A stretch of 63,730 nucleotides of DNA, counting the filler, from Lama guanicoe (taxonomy: Eukaryota): assembly GCA_013239625.1 (NCBI GenBank). It is 187 parts of 187 records of this genome, joined end to end, with 100 filler letters (N's around TTAATTAATTAA, not from the genome) between each part and the next. Parts side by side here need not be neighbours in the genome. Positions count along the whole stretch, not along the records: positions 36,829 to 37,069 come from PNXV01046608.1; positions 37,170 to 37,410 come from PNXV01046609.1; positions 37,511 to 37,751 come from PNXV01046610.1; positions 37,852 to 38,092 come from PNXV01046611.1; positions 38,193 to 38,433 come from PNXV01046612.1; positions 38,534 to 38,774 come from PNXV01046613.1; positions 38,875 to 39,115 come from PNXV01046614.1; positions 39,216 to 39,456 come from PNXV01046615.1; 179 more parts are not named here. One strand, 5' to 3'. Positions within the stretch are counted from its first letter, which is position 1. Each line of letters starts with the position of its first letter. The notes below the pieces were generated by a model. That model saw only the letters and a program-made list of their open reading frames with translations, ran no database searches and had not been told where the DNA came from. A program made the translations under genes and the position numbers. Shown piece by piece: positions 36,860 to 50,051 of the stretch.

Positions 36860-37069
36860 GGAGGATAATGGTGCAGGGAAGGAGGAAGTTGCTGTTATAC
36901 AGGAGGAAAAGTGAAGGCTTTTCTTTGATGGTGTGACATTTGAGCAGAACCCTGGAAAACGAGAGTGAATCATGTGGACACCAGGGGAAGCACATTCCAG
37001 GCGGAGGGAACAGCACCAGCGAGAGCTCTGAGGCAGGAATGTGCTTGCTGGAGGATAGCAAGGGGGTGG
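36860..37069 (-). mobile_element. L2 LINE fragment
   Basis: gtgacatttgagcaga...cattccaggcggagggaacagc...ctgaggcaggaatgtgcttg. Confidence 0.8.
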
Positions 37070-39897
37070 NNNNNNNNNNNNNNNNNNNNNNNNNNNNNNN
37101 NNNNNNNNNNNNNTTAATTAATTAANNNNNNNNNNNNNNNNNNNNNNNNNNNNNNNNNNNNNNNNNNNNCGGACACGTGTGCACCTTGCCCTGCCCCATG
37201 TGACATTATGATGTGGCCTGGGCTTTTGGACGCTCACTGTTTAAATTCATGAATGACCCAAGGTTTGTTTATAAAAGCAGACACCTAATAATTCAAATAA
37301 CATCATTTGGATCCAAACATTCCAAACACTGGAGAGGTGACCCAATTATAAACAAGGTAAAGAAGCAGATTTGTGACGACCGACAAGCCAATTCTAAATT
37401 TGAGAAAAGCNNNNNNNNNNNNNNNNNNNNNNNNNNNNNNNNNNNNNNNNNNNNTTAATTAATTAANNNNNNNNNNNNNNNNNNNNNNNNNNNNNNNNNN
37501 NNNNNNNNNNGATGAAGTTTCTTTTTCTTCTTACAGATTTAAGTAAAATGAAACCTAATATTTTAATGAAAAGAACTGATAAAGTGTGATCTGTTCTTAT
37601 AAAATGCTTTGTCCATTTTTATTTGTCCACGTGCCTGCCTGTCTCCTTCCTTCCAGTTCTCATCCCTGCTTCCTTCCATCTGCAGAAGGACACACACACA
37701 ACAGGCATGGAATGAGGCTCACCCACTATGACACCAGCTGTTTCTGGCTAANNNNNNNNNNNNNNNNNNNNNNNNNNNNNNNNNNNNNNNNNNNNTTAAT
37801 TAATTAANNNNNNNNNNNNNNNNNNNNNNNNNNNNNNNNNNNNNNNNNNNNACTAGAACCAGATTATTACCCACCCAGCCTTATCATGGGTCCTGACTCC
37901 TCTTACCTCCCGCCCAAACACCACATGAGATCATTCCTCACCCTGGATGCGGGACCAGCAATTTCAATAGGTTTTAGTGGAAAAGAATTGGTTGTGCGCA
38001 GATGCCAACCAAACACTGTAGAATCCTGGTGTCCCACATTAGCAATCATGACAGCTGTTTGCAAGTGTCCCCAAAGTTCATTTCAGACTCTCNNNNNNNN
38101 NNNNNNNNNNNNNNNNNNNNNNNNNNNNNNNNNNNNTTAATTAATTAANNNNNNNNNNNNNNNNNNNNNNNNNNNNNNNNNNNNNNNNNNNNGCCTCAGG
38201 AGCCTGCACTTGCTTCTTCAGAAGTCCATCTGGGCTGCATAAACACTGGGCGCTCAAGCCTTAGAAGGAAAACCCCGCAGTCATTGTGCTAAGACATCTA
38301 GATTCCTATCTGCTAGTAGGAAAGCTCAGTTGGGCTCAAAGAGGGGCGGTGGCGGGGGGAGCGTCAACTGAGGTCGAAAACCAGATGACTCTTGAAGAAA
38401 TCAAGACAGCGATGCTGACTTACCCTTCCTGAANNNNNNNNNNNNNNNNNNNNNNNNNNNNNNNNNNNNNNNNNNNNTTAATTAATTAANNNNNNNNNNN
38501 NNNNNNNNNNNNNNNNNNNNNNNNNNNNNNNNNTCTTCTATCCAACAAGGTAGGTAATTTAAGTAGTAAGAATAGGCCTCCTCATACCCCATTAGACTCC
38601 AGAAAGTGATTTCTATCATGAATGGGGGTGGGGGAGTGCAGAATGCATCCTCTGAACCCTTCTTATATTTCTGCGTGGGTCTTCAAGTAGTGAGCAGAGC
38701 TGGTCCTGAAATCAGGTCTCCAGCTCCAGATGCAGCTCCCAGGAATGGTTTGCGCCCCACCTCTCATTGTCCCANNNNNNNNNNNNNNNNNNNNNNNNNN
38801 NNNNNNNNNNNNNNNNNNTTAATTAATTAANNNNNNNNNNNNNNNNNNNNNNNNNNNNNNNNNNNNNNNNNNNNTATCACCGAATGTGAGCCACACACAC
38901 TGCAGCTCACGCTGGGGTGCCCACAAGGCGTACCGTTCAGGGGCAACACTCCCTTGGATGACTCCGCCCCCACGCAGGTGTGGTGCGGAAACAGCATTTA
39001 TGGCCATGGAGTATCACGTCTGGCACACGTAGCCTCGTCACTGAGCGCTATGTTGGCCGAACGATGCTCAGGAGGCGCCGTGCGACCCCAGGCATGGCTC
39101 AGGTGTGCACGCACGNNNNNNNNNNNNNNNNNNNNNNNNNNNNNNNNNNNNNNNNNNNNTTAATTAATTAANNNNNNNNNNNNNNNNNNNNNNNNNNNNN
39201 NNNNNNNNNNNNNNNATGAGCTTTTAGGTCTAGTTTCTGTGGAGAGTAAACCTCTCTCTTCCTGGGGGGAAAATGAGTTGCCTGATAAAAGGAATCTGGA
39301 GGAGACCTAGGCAGAGACAGCTCCCCTTCCCAACCTCATCCTTCCTCTACTTCCTTTGACATTTGATGTTTCCGAAGAAGCCTGTGGGGGTTGTAGGGAC
39401 AAAATTAACTTTTGCCCATTATATATCTTCCTCTTCCAATATTTTGGTCATTGACTNNNNNNNNNNNNNNNNNNNNNNNNNNNNNNNNNNNNNNNNNNNN
39501 TTAATTAATTAANNNNNNNNNNNNNNNNNNNNNNNNNNNNNNNNNNNNNNNNNNNNAAAATGCTCCTTGAGAAAATAATCCAGTAACTGGACATCTCGCC
39601 TGCTCAGAGAACACCAGAGCCAAGTTACAACTGAACCAGTTAAGCAAAGCCTTTCTTGCCCGTTACCTCCTCCTCTGCTCACTTCAGCCCTACAGAGCTG
39701 AAGTCCTTACAGAGACAAAAAAGAACAGGTAGTAAAGGAGGAAAAGATTGAGTCAGAAAAAAAATCAGACTATTATCCTGCTGGTGTCCACGCGACANNN
39801 NNNNNNNNNNNNNNNNNNNNNNNNNNNNNNNNNNNNNNNNNTTAATTAATTAANNNNNNNNNNNNNNNNNNNNNNNNNNNNNNNNNNNNNNNNNNNN

Positions 39898-40138
39898 TTC
39901 CCCAGTATATACTCAGGAGGGGGATTGCTGGATCATATGGTAACTCTATTTTTAGATTTCTGACGACCCTCCATAATGTCTTCCATAGAGACTGCACCAA
40001 CTTACATTCCAACCGACAGCGTGCAAGGATTTCCTTACTTCACATCCCCTCCGGCATTTATCATCTGTAGCCTTTTTGATGATAACTGCTCTGACTGGTG
40101 TGAGGTGTTAGCTCCTTGTGCTTTTGTTTTGCTTTTCT
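39898..40138 (-). mobile_element. L1 ORF2 3' fragment
   Basis: ggattgctggatcatatggtaactctattttta...ctgcaccaacttacattccaaccgacag. Confidence 0.9.
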
Positions 40139-42289
40139 NNNNNNNNNNNNNNNNNNNNNNNNNNNNNNNNNNNNNNNNNNNNTTAATTAATTAANNNNNN
40201 NNNNNNNNNNNNNNNNNNNNNNNNNNNNNNNNNNNNNNAGGGTCTCCTCCCCCGCTCACTGTGTCCTCCAGATTTTGCTTCATACCAAATGGTGTTTAGT
40301 GCCTGTGTTCCCGTGAGAGGGCCTCTGCCAGGGACTATCTCTTTCTCGTCTTGTGAGCTCCTCACAGGGTCCCCAGATCAAAGCCGGTGAAAGAACCCAG
40401 ACTCTCCTCGAGTCTGAGGCTCCCAGGGATATAAACTGACAAGCTTGTCCATACTGAGCATTTAAAAATTTGTTAAAATTNNNNNNNNNNNNNNNNNNNN
40501 NNNNNNNNNNNNNNNNNNNNNNNNTTAATTAATTAANNNNNNNNNNNNNNNNNNNNNNNNNNNNNNNNNNNNNNNNNNNNAGCTGATTGGATGAGGCTCA
40601 CCCACATGATGGAGGGTCATTTACATTACGTAAAGTCAGTAGATTAATCTGTAGATTAATCACTTCTCAAAAATGTCTTCATAGTAACATCTAGATTAAT
40701 GTTTGACCAAACAACTGAGCAGCACACTCTAGCAAACTTGATTTTTTAAAAAATGCTCTGATTACCTTCCTTATGCTCTAGATCACTGGTTCTCTGGAAG
40801 AGTATCACTGATACTTAATTCNNNNNNNNNNNNNNNNNNNNNNNNNNNNNNNNNNNNNNNNNNNNTTAATTAATTAANNNNNNNNNNNNNNNNNNNNNNN
40901 NNNNNNNNNNNNNNNNNNNNNACCCTAGAGTACATGGGATGCAGGAACAGAAAGAGAGGGGAAAATGAGACGGTTTGGGCAGGACCCTGCAATGCAAGTG
41001 GGGCAAAGGGGTCACAGGGGGAGACATGGAAGGAATTAATGTTTAAGAAACAGCGGATGGGGAACGATCCTGCGTTCCTGGTACCCAAAGAGGGTGGAAG
41101 GACTTGAACGGTCTTGTCGAGAACGAAAAGAGACTTTGTAGAAGTTGCCGGAGTGGGAGAGTCNNNNNNNNNNNNNNNNNNNNNNNNNNNNNNNNNNNNN
41201 NNNNNNNTTAATTAATTAANNNNNNNNNNNNNNNNNNNNNNNNNNNNNNNNNNNNNNNNNNNNGTTCTGATTCTTGTGTCTCAGACAGGAAAAATTTCAG
41301 GAAGATGTTTTAACCTGGAGTCTGAAGTATAACAGGACTCCACCCTTGGAAATTATTTTTTTATCGAGACGTTGCATTGATGCAATCTAGTCAAAAACCA
41401 ACTGAGATGATCAAAGTGAGCAGCTAAGATTGTTGGTAAGACTTGGTATATGAATATGGGGGACAGTTTATCTTGGTGGTGAAGACTGTATTTCCTACAT
41501 TTGCTNNNNNNNNNNNNNNNNNNNNNNNNNNNNNNNNNNNNNNNNNNNNTTAATTAATTAANNNNNNNNNNNNNNNNNNNNNNNNNNNNNNNNNNNNNNN
41601 NNNNNATTACACTCTAGAGCTTTCAAGGGGCTCCGTCTGGTGTGATCACTCAAATAAGTTAAATGCCAAGATGTCTCAGGAAGTAGGCTGGACTAGAACT
41701 GGACTTCTGACATTGCATTCTCGTCCTGTACGATGTCCGTGCCACACAATCTGAGACGCCCACCACTAGACCGAGGTGAATAAAACTCAGAGATCGTGGG
41801 CTCCTGGACCACTCCAGAGTTTCTTCTCCCTGTAACAGTCATTTGATNNNNNNNNNNNNNNNNNNNNNNNNNNNNNNNNNNNNNNNNNNNNTTAATTAAT
41901 TAANNNNNNNNNNNNNNNNNNNNNNNNNNNNNNNNNNNNNNNNNNNNGACTTCAAAATTAACTGGTCTCCCAGCTTTTTAAATACATCCTCCTTTCTTAA
42001 AGGAGTTTCATATCAAAATTTGGGAGTCTGAATGGAACTATCATAATCTTTCAATTGTGCTATGTTAACTGACCTGTTCAGGCTGTGAATTCATTTAAAG
42101 ATTTAAAAATAAAAATATAAAATTTAGTTGGAAAAATCTAGGGAAGTTGGAGGGTAAGATATTCTAATATGCTACTCAGCATCACACTTNNNNNNNNNNN
42201 NNNNNNNNNNNNNNNNNNNNNNNNNNNNNNNNNTTAATTAATTAANNNNNNNNNNNNNNNNNNNNNNNNNNNNNNNNNNNNNNNNNNNN

Positions 42290-42531
42290 AATTTCCTGGA
42301 CGCTGGGGCTTAGAGTGGGGTGTGTTGCCCTCTGAAAAAATCCCAGGTAGACTTTGAAAGGGCTCCTATCACAGTCCGGATTTCTCCTCTACAGGAAAAA
42401 GAATTTTACTAGATTCCTGTTTTCAATCTCTGCAGTTGGAGGAAGACTAGCTTCTCTTGGGGGAAAGACTTTGGGATCTCAGAGTTGGAAGAAAAAGAGA
42501 AAACCCATTTCTATACCGGGTGCAAGACAAA
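42290..42531. repeat. Unclassified multi-copy sequence, copy 1; near-duplicate of 42972-43213
   Basis: Identical 49-nt ends and 10 internal substitutions relative to the second copy. Confidence 0.75.
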
Positions 42532-42971
42532 NNNNNNNNNNNNNNNNNNNNNNNNNNNNNNNNNNNNNNNNNNNNTTAATTAATTAANNNNNNNNNNNNN
42601 NNNNNNNNNNNNNNNNNNNNNNNNNNNNNNNGCGTGGGTTCAAACGGAATGCCTAAGCTCGACGCCCCTGGGTATTTTCCAAATGTCTCTGTGCCAGGGA
42701 ATGTTAGGGGGGTTTGCAGGCATTCCCAGTGACATAGGTTGCCTCACCAACTCCAGGGAATTTGTTTCTCTGAATTCCCCTTTCAGGGAACACCTGTGAC
42801 TGAAGAGAGCTGCGTGGAGAACTCTCTCGCGCTCCACACTCACTGACAATTTTTCCCGAATCCTGAGCGTGNNNNNNNNNNNNNNNNNNNNNNNNNNNNN
42901 NNNNNNNNNNNNNNNTTAATTAATTAANNNNNNNNNNNNNNNNNNNNNNNNNNNNNNNNNNNNNNNNNNNN

Positions 42972-43213
42972 AATTTCCTGGACGCTGGGGCTTAGAGTGG
43001 GGTGTGTTGCCCTCTGAAAATATCCCAGTTAGACTTTGGAAGGGCTTCTATCACAGTCCGGATTTCTCTTCCACAGGAAAAAGAATTTTACTAGATTCCT
43101 GTTTTCAATCTCTGCAGTTGAAGCGAGACTAGCTTCTCTTGGGGGAAAGACTTTGGGATCTCATAGTTGGAAGAAAAAGAGAAAACCCATTTCTATACCG
43201 GGTGCAAGACAAA
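42972..43213. repeat. Unclassified multi-copy sequence, copy 2
   Basis: Near-duplicate of 42290-42531. Confidence 0.75.
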
Positions 43214-45365
43214 NNNNNNNNNNNNNNNNNNNNNNNNNNNNNNNNNNNNNNNNNNNNTTAATTAATTAANNNNNNNNNNNNNNNNNNNNNNNNNNNNNNN
43301 NNNNNNNNNNNNNTGCCTTAGGAGTCTGGGTCTCAGACATCCTTTACTTGTATTACTTTCCAAAGAGATCCCCAAGTTGCTCTGATTTGTACATTGTGAA
43401 TCGGTTTTTGTTAAGTTCTGAGTTGACTCAGAACAGTTAACAATAATAAAGTAACTTTTCTTGATATCATTTTAACTTTAAATTATACTATGTTGTTAAA
43501 GAGTTTGGTCACTTCAGTGTACATTAATCTTTCTAATTTTTCTTTTCTGTTTCAGNNNNNNNNNNNNNNNNNNNNNNNNNNNNNNNNNNNNNNNNNNNNT
43601 TAATTAATTAANNNNNNNNNNNNNNNNNNNNNNNNNNNNNNNNNNNNNNNNNNNNTGGGTCAGACAGGCCGGAAGAGCAAGGGAGGGAACCTCTACCAGC
43701 TAACTGAGGCCGCACGCAGGAGCATGGCCGGTGTGGCCGGGTGGGGGGCCCGGCGGAGGACAGTGGGGACCGCCTTCCAATGTCGAGGTCCCGTGAGGAC
43801 AGGGGGGACCAGGGGTGCTCCCCGTGGCCGTGGGGCTGGGGTTCCCCGGCCACATGGAGAGGAGGGATGGGGGACAGGTGGTGCACGGCCGTCTGGGNNN
43901 NNNNNNNNNNNNNNNNNNNNNNNNNNNNNNNNNNNNNNNNNTTAATTAATTAANNNNNNNNNNNNNNNNNNNNNNNNNNNNNNNNNNNNNNNNNNNNTGA
44001 TAGCTGAAAATTAAGCTGTTGTTATTATGAAATCTTTGCTTTCTACTAAAAATAATACTGCAAGCAGTAGGCTTTGGTTTTGGACACTCTGAGTGGATTG
44101 CTTTTTTGGTGGTGTGCTTTGAATAAACAAAGATAGTTGCTGGATAAGTTCAAATACAGATTAAGAAAGAAACAGCTTTTGTCATTTCAACTGCATTCAT
44201 ATGACATTTGTAAGAATATTTATCTGATGTAAAGTGTAANNNNNNNNNNNNNNNNNNNNNNNNNNNNNNNNNNNNNNNNNNNNTTAATTAATTAANNNNN
44301 NNNNNNNNNNNNNNNNNNNNNNNNNNNNNNNNNNNNNNNGAGATGACAAGCTCTCAACACTAACCTGAGGTTGCTTACAGATCGGAGGGAAAATGTTCCT
44401 ACAGCAGCACGTCGGGGCGTCTTTTCCCAAGGATAAAAGCCAACTTCCTCGTCATGGGCTTGGATTTAAAATGTTACCCTTCTGCCAGTCACTTGAGAGT
44501 AACTGAAACATTCATTTAAATCAACTAAACATTCCTTGAAAAATAATCCAAAACAAGATTCACATCTTGTTTCAAATACAGNNNNNNNNNNNNNNNNNNN
44601 NNNNNNNNNNNNNNNNNNNNNNNNNTTAATTAATTAANNNNNNNNNNNNNNNNNNNNNNNNNNNNNNNNNNNNNNNNNNNNGACTTATTTATCTTATAAT
44701 TAGACATTTGTAGGTTTTGACCATCTTTCCCCATTTGGCCCAGCCCTCACCTTTGCCTCTAGCAACCATCAATCTGTTCTCTGTATCTATGTATCTACAT
44801 ATCTGTGTGTTCTATCTCCATATCGACTTCTCAAATATTCATTTTATCCTCTAAAATTCAGGATAACAGTTTTGTCATGAGGGAGAAAGAAAATGCATGT
44901 AAAGCACTGGGCATACGGAGGCANNNNNNNNNNNNNNNNNNNNNNNNNNNNNNNNNNNNNNNNNNNNTTAATTAATTAANNNNNNNNNNNNNNNNNNNNN
45001 NNNNNNNNNNNNNNNNNNNNNNNTACCTGAGTTTGTCCTTCCTAAGTCATCTGTATTACATGCTGTGTGCTTATAGGACTTATTTTTTCTTTCTCCTTGT
45101 AATAATGTAAATTTTGCTAGTATTTGCCTCTCTTTGATTTTTTTCTTCCTTAAATAGGATCAGCCTTTCTGGTTAAGACGGTCTTGTCTCTTTTTAATCC
45201 TGCTGTCACTTCTCCTGTTGTTCTAACTTCTTACTCATCATCATTTTTAACTCAGATATTTGACANNNNNNNNNNNNNNNNNNNNNNNNNNNNNNNNNNN
45301 NNNNNNNNNTTAATTAATTAANNNNNNNNNNNNNNNNNNNNNNNNNNNNNNNNNNNNNNNNNNNN

Positions 45366-45606
45366 AGAATATTAAGAAAAACTATATGGAACCAAACTGG
45401 ATAACCTAGAGGAGGTGCACAAGCATCTGGAAACATACAGTCCACCAAGACTGAACCAAGATGAAACTGAACCCTTGAACAAACCAATCACTAGAAATGA
45501 AATCAAATTAGTAATAAAAACCTCCCTACAAATAAAAGTCCAGGGATGACAGCTTTCCTGGGGAATTCTACCAAACTTACAAAGAAGAACTCATACCAGT
45601 CCTTCT
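45366..45606 (+). mobile_element. L1 ORF2 fragment (linker region before RT), frameshifted
   Basis: Translates KLYGTKLDNLEEVHKHLETYSPPRLNQDETEPLNKPITRNEIKLVIK / LPTNKSPG / GEFYQTYKEELIPVL. Confidence 0.92.
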
Positions 45607-46390
45607 NNNNNNNNNNNNNNNNNNNNNNNNNNNNNNNNNNNNNNNNNNNNTTAATTAATTAANNNNNNNNNNNNNNNNNNNNNNNNNNNNNNNNNNNNNN
45701 NNNNNNAAGTAATGTTTGTAAGTACTGTTCTTACATATGAGCGAGCTATAACAAATATTTCTGATTCTCGTAATCATAAATACAAGCTCTTTTAAATAGT
45801 GTCTACACAAAAAATATAAGAAAAAATTTTAAAGACCACATTTCTATAATATGCAGTAAATGATTTCAAGATTATTAAGTCATACATAACAAAACTAGAC
45901 AGAACCAACTGTTTAGAAACTTAATTCTGAGCTAAATCTGGAAGGGAANNNNNNNNNNNNNNNNNNNNNNNNNNNNNNNNNNNNNNNNNNNNTTAATTAA
46001 TTAANNNNNNNNNNNNNNNNNNNNNNNNNNNNNNNNNNNNNNNNNNNNTACTCCCAGCTACAGACATCACTTAACACCCTGACAATTTGTAAGCACTTGG
46101 CACAGGACAAAGCAGAGGGGAGGAGGGAAGGAATGAGATGGGGAGGGGGTACTGTACCAGCAGTTCTTCCTGCAGCTGCTGATTCACTGAGCACACGTAC
46201 AACTGAACGGACTTCAACGTCAACATGCTTGAATGCACAGGGATTCTGAAAACTTCATTAAATACCAGGGGGCCTTGGAATTCCAGAGCCNNNNNNNNNN
46301 NNNNNNNNNNNNNNNNNNNNNNNNNNNNNNNNNNTTAATTAATTAANNNNNNNNNNNNNNNNNNNNNNNNNNNNNNNNNNNNNNNNNNNN

Positions 46391-46467
46391 TGGGTTCAAT
46401 CCCCAGCACCTCCACTAAATGAATAAATAAACAAATACCTAATTTCCTCCCCACCTAAAAAAAAAAA
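46391..46467 (+). mobile_element. Camelid vic-1-type SINE, 3' half with A tail
   Basis: tgggttcaatccccagcacctcc, then (aaat)n, then cctaatttcctcccc, then poly-A. Confidence 0.75.
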
Positions 46468-47074
46468 TTACTAATGGGAGGAAGGAGAGAATGGATACTG
46501 GGGACGATTAGTAATCTCTGCCACAAATACCTGTGTCCACTTCCTACGTACCTACCATTTATTGACTAACAGCAGGGTACTGGGTATGCTGGGTACTGTC
46601 TTTTATGCAAGAAAAATAAGAAAAGAAAGCTTNNNNNNNNNNNNNNNNNNNNNNNNNNNNNNNNNNNNNNNNNNNNTTAATTAATTAANNNNNNNNNNNN
46701 NNNNNNNNNNNNNNNNNNNNNNNNNNNNNNNNACCAGCTTTACAAGAAATGTCAAAGGAACTTCTCTAAGCGAAAAAGAAAGGGCTACAACTAGAAACAT
46801 GAAAATTACAAAAGAAAAAAATCTCATTGGTAAAAGTAAATATTACAGTTAAGGTAGTAAATCAACCACGTACAAAGTGAGTGCGAAGGTTCAAAGATAA
46901 AAGTAGTGAAATCATCTGTATCCGCAGTAAGCAGCTGAGGGACACACAAAACAAAAAGACAAAAATATCCTGAGNNNNNNNNNNNNNNNNNNNNNNNNNN
47001 NNNNNNNNNNNNNNNNNNTTAATTAATTAANNNNNNNNNNNNNNNNNNNNNNNNNNNNNNNNNNNNNNNNNNNN

Positions 47075-47315
47075 AATGGAACAGAATAGAGAGCCCAGAA
47101 ATGAACCCACAAAATCTTGGTCAATTAATCTTCAACATTGGAGGCAAGAAAATACAATGGAATTGAGACAGACACTTCAGCAACTGGTGTTGGGAAAACT
47201 GGACAGCAGCATGTAATTCCATGAAGCTAGAGCACTCCCAATGAAGCTAGAAAACCACACACAAATATATAATCAGAATGGATCAAAGACTTAAACATAA
47301 GTCAAGACACAATAA
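47075..47315 (+). mobile_element. L1 ORF2 fragment
   Basis: aatggaacagaatagagagcccagaaatgaacccaca...tggtgttgggaaaactggacagc. Confidence 0.9.
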
Positions 47316-47757
47316 NNNNNNNNNNNNNNNNNNNNNNNNNNNNNNNNNNNNNNNNNNNNTTAATTAATTAANNNNNNNNNNNNNNNNNNNNNNNNNNNNN
47401 NNNNNNNNNNNNNNNCACTCAAGAATCAGCTTACATGTGGTTGCCATTTCTGAATCTACAACCTTATGTTTTCACAGAATTTCTACTCAGTCCTTCAATC
47501 CTTTACAGAACATAAGACATAGCATCCAAATAGATTTCGTAAAGCATGTGATTTCTCATTGTGAATCAACCCAATCTATAGATCAAACTGTTTTCTATGG
47601 CTGAAATATTACTAATTCATGGAAATTCTCCCTCTTCTTCTTTACTATGAGGTTTCANNNNNNNNNNNNNNNNNNNNNNNNNNNNNNNNNNNNNNNNNNN
47701 NTTAATTAATTAANNNNNNNNNNNNNNNNNNNNNNNNNNNNNNNNNNNNNNNNNNNN

Positions 47758-47999
47758 CTAGGGACGCCCCCAGCTCCTGCGCCTGCTGCGGCCCGGGGCT
47801 GCGGTGGCGGCAGCGGTGGGTGGCGTCCCCTCGTTCCGCGGAGAGAGGGGGCTTCCGCGCCCGGCCGCCTGCCCGCCCCTTCTGTCTCCTCCGCGGCCTG
47901 GGCGCCAGCCCCCGGGCCCCCACCCTCTCGCAGGTCCCTGCACTTCCCCCGCCAGGACCGGAGCACTGTCACCCGTGTCTCCCCCCACTCGCCAACTCC
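47758..47999. promoter_or_regulatory. CpG-island fragment
   Basis: Very GC- and CpG-rich. The four overlapping low-complexity ORFs are a by-product of composition. Confidence 0.6.
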
Positions 48000-48099
48000 N
48001 NNNNNNNNNNNNNNNNNNNNNNNNNNNNNNNNNNNNNNNNNNNTTAATTAATTAANNNNNNNNNNNNNNNNNNNNNNNNNNNNNNNNNNNNNNNNNNNN

Positions 48100-48341
48100 C
48101 CCCACAGGTTTAAGGGTTCAGTACCATAAAATTGTCCTCACTCAGACACCAGTTTCAAGTATCAGATCCCCAGGTAATGCACATGTCTGTCCTTCCTGGC
48201 TACAAAGCTGGGGGCACCACCCCTAAGTTTAACAATTTGCTAGAGTGACTCATAGAACTCAGGAAAATGCCATACTTACTGTTATAAATTATGACAGTTG
48301 ATAAAAATGAACAGCCAGGTTAAGAGGTATATGGGAAGAGA
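48100..48341 (-). mobile_element. MER21-like ERV LTR fragment
   Basis: cccacaggtttaagggttcagt...aatttgctagagtgactcatagaactcaggaaaa...atgaacagccag. Confidence 0.65.
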
Positions 48342-49809
48342 NNNNNNNNNNNNNNNNNNNNNNNNNNNNNNNNNNNNNNNNNNNNTTAATTAATTAANNN
48401 NNNNNNNNNNNNNNNNNNNNNNNNNNNNNNNNNNNNNNNNNTCCACTGATCACTTTCTTCTTTTATGGATGCAGGGCTCCTAGAGGCAGGCATTCCACCA
48501 GCCGGCCCTCTCGTGCTGCCTCCTGTCAGCAGACATGGGGCCCGCCCCGTCCGGGGCTGGAGAGATGGGCCTCCCTGAGCTGGGTAGGAGGGCATGGGTG
48601 GAGATGCTGTCCCCGGGGGAGGCTCTGTGTGGGCCTTTGTTCTCAGGATGAAATGTGTGACCTGGAGGCTCCCTGTCCTGTCCNNNNNNNNNNNNNNNNN
48701 NNNNNNNNNNNNNNNNNNNNNNNNNNNTTAATTAATTAANNNNNNNNNNNNNNNNNNNNNNNNNNNNNNNNNNNNNNNNNNNNATTCTTAAGTTATTCTT
48801 ATTACCTTATATTCTTAAATTTTTCATATATTCTTTAATTATTACCTTATCAATTATATTTTCTCCTATTGAAGTATGGTAAAGTTCAATAGTGAATCAC
48901 AATTTATGTTCCTTTGAAAAGAATACCAGAGTGTAGCCCTATTTTTCTTGAATTACAATTAAATAAATCAAAACTCAGAAATGATCAATACATTATTTAA
49001 ATTCATACAAACTGGTAGGCAGTGTNNNNNNNNNNNNNNNNNNNNNNNNNNNNNNNNNNNNNNNNNNNNTTAATTAATTAANNNNNNNNNNNNNNNNNNN
49101 NNNNNNNNNNNNNNNNNNNNNNNNNCACGAGATCGTTATACCTGGTGGTATGAGGAGGGTGGAGCTTAGGTAGGCATTCAGGACAAAGCATGTTACAGAA
49201 GCAGAAAGGGCATGGGTTTAGGTTTGATGTAGGAATGAACATTTTACATATAGTGGGCAGTGGTGGTGAAGGGAAGCTTTGGAGCCATTTATATTGTCAA
49301 GGAATCCTGGGTCTGGCCTTTTAGGGTTAATGCCAGTTATAGCTTTTAAGTTTCAAGGAATTGCTCTNNNNNNNNNNNNNNNNNNNNNNNNNNNNNNNNN
49401 NNNNNNNNNNNTTAATTAATTAANNNNNNNNNNNNNNNNNNNNNNNNNNNNNNNNNNNNNNNNNNNNTATTGAGCAGCGTGTGCCACGTACATGCTGAAG
49501 ATGTGGTTGTTATAAGTAGGTAACTTATAAATGTATAAAACAATAGTCCTGTGTCCAAGAGTTTACAATTGGAAATAGACCAGTTCTGCACCTCTTTCCA
49601 TGCTGCTTTTTCTACGCCACGCCAGTCTCCCTCTACGAGGGGAATGGTACCTGTGGTTGCGTTCCCAGGATAGTCCCTGGGTCATGTTTAGTAGAGAACT
49701 GGGTGGCTGNNNNNNNNNNNNNNNNNNNNNNNNNNNNNNNNNNNNNNNNNNNNTTAATTAATTAANNNNNNNNNNNNNNNNNNNNNNNNNNNNNNNNNNN
49801 NNNNNNNNN

Positions 49810-50051
49810 AGATTTTTTTTAATTCTTCCATTGCTTCCTGTTGGGAAGGACCCCACTAGAGGGGTACTGAGTCATCCTTACCCTTTAAACTGTCATACAG
49901 AGGTTGGGCTATGGACCCATAGTTAGGGATCCAAAGCCCACAGTAACCGGTTAGTCCGAGAAATGCCCTGAGCTGTTTTCAAATAGTGCGATTAGGGAGT
50001 TATAAGATTCCCTGAATTCGTTCAGGGGAAAGGCTATGGTTTCCAGGAGTC
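49810..50051 (-). pseudogene. Class I (gammaretrovirus-like) ERV pol fragment, RT thumb/connection region, three in-frame stops
   Basis: The minus frame reads TPGNHSLSPERIQGIL*LPNRTI*KQLRAFLGLTGYCGLWIPNYGSIAQPLYDSLKGKDDSVPL*WGPSQQEAMEELKK, matching the gammaretroviral RQLREFLG.AGFCRLWIPGFA..A.PLY motif. Confidence 0.88.

Noticed and set aside
37537..37589. Possible terminal exon ttcttcttacag|xLSKMKPNILMKRTDKV*
   Set aside because: The acceptor is good, but the peptide is short and unrecognised, so support is insufficient.
42354..43269. Two near-identical 77-aa ORFs suggesting a small gene family
   Set aside because: Both start at TTG, run into the gap and simply reflect the duplicated contig pair.
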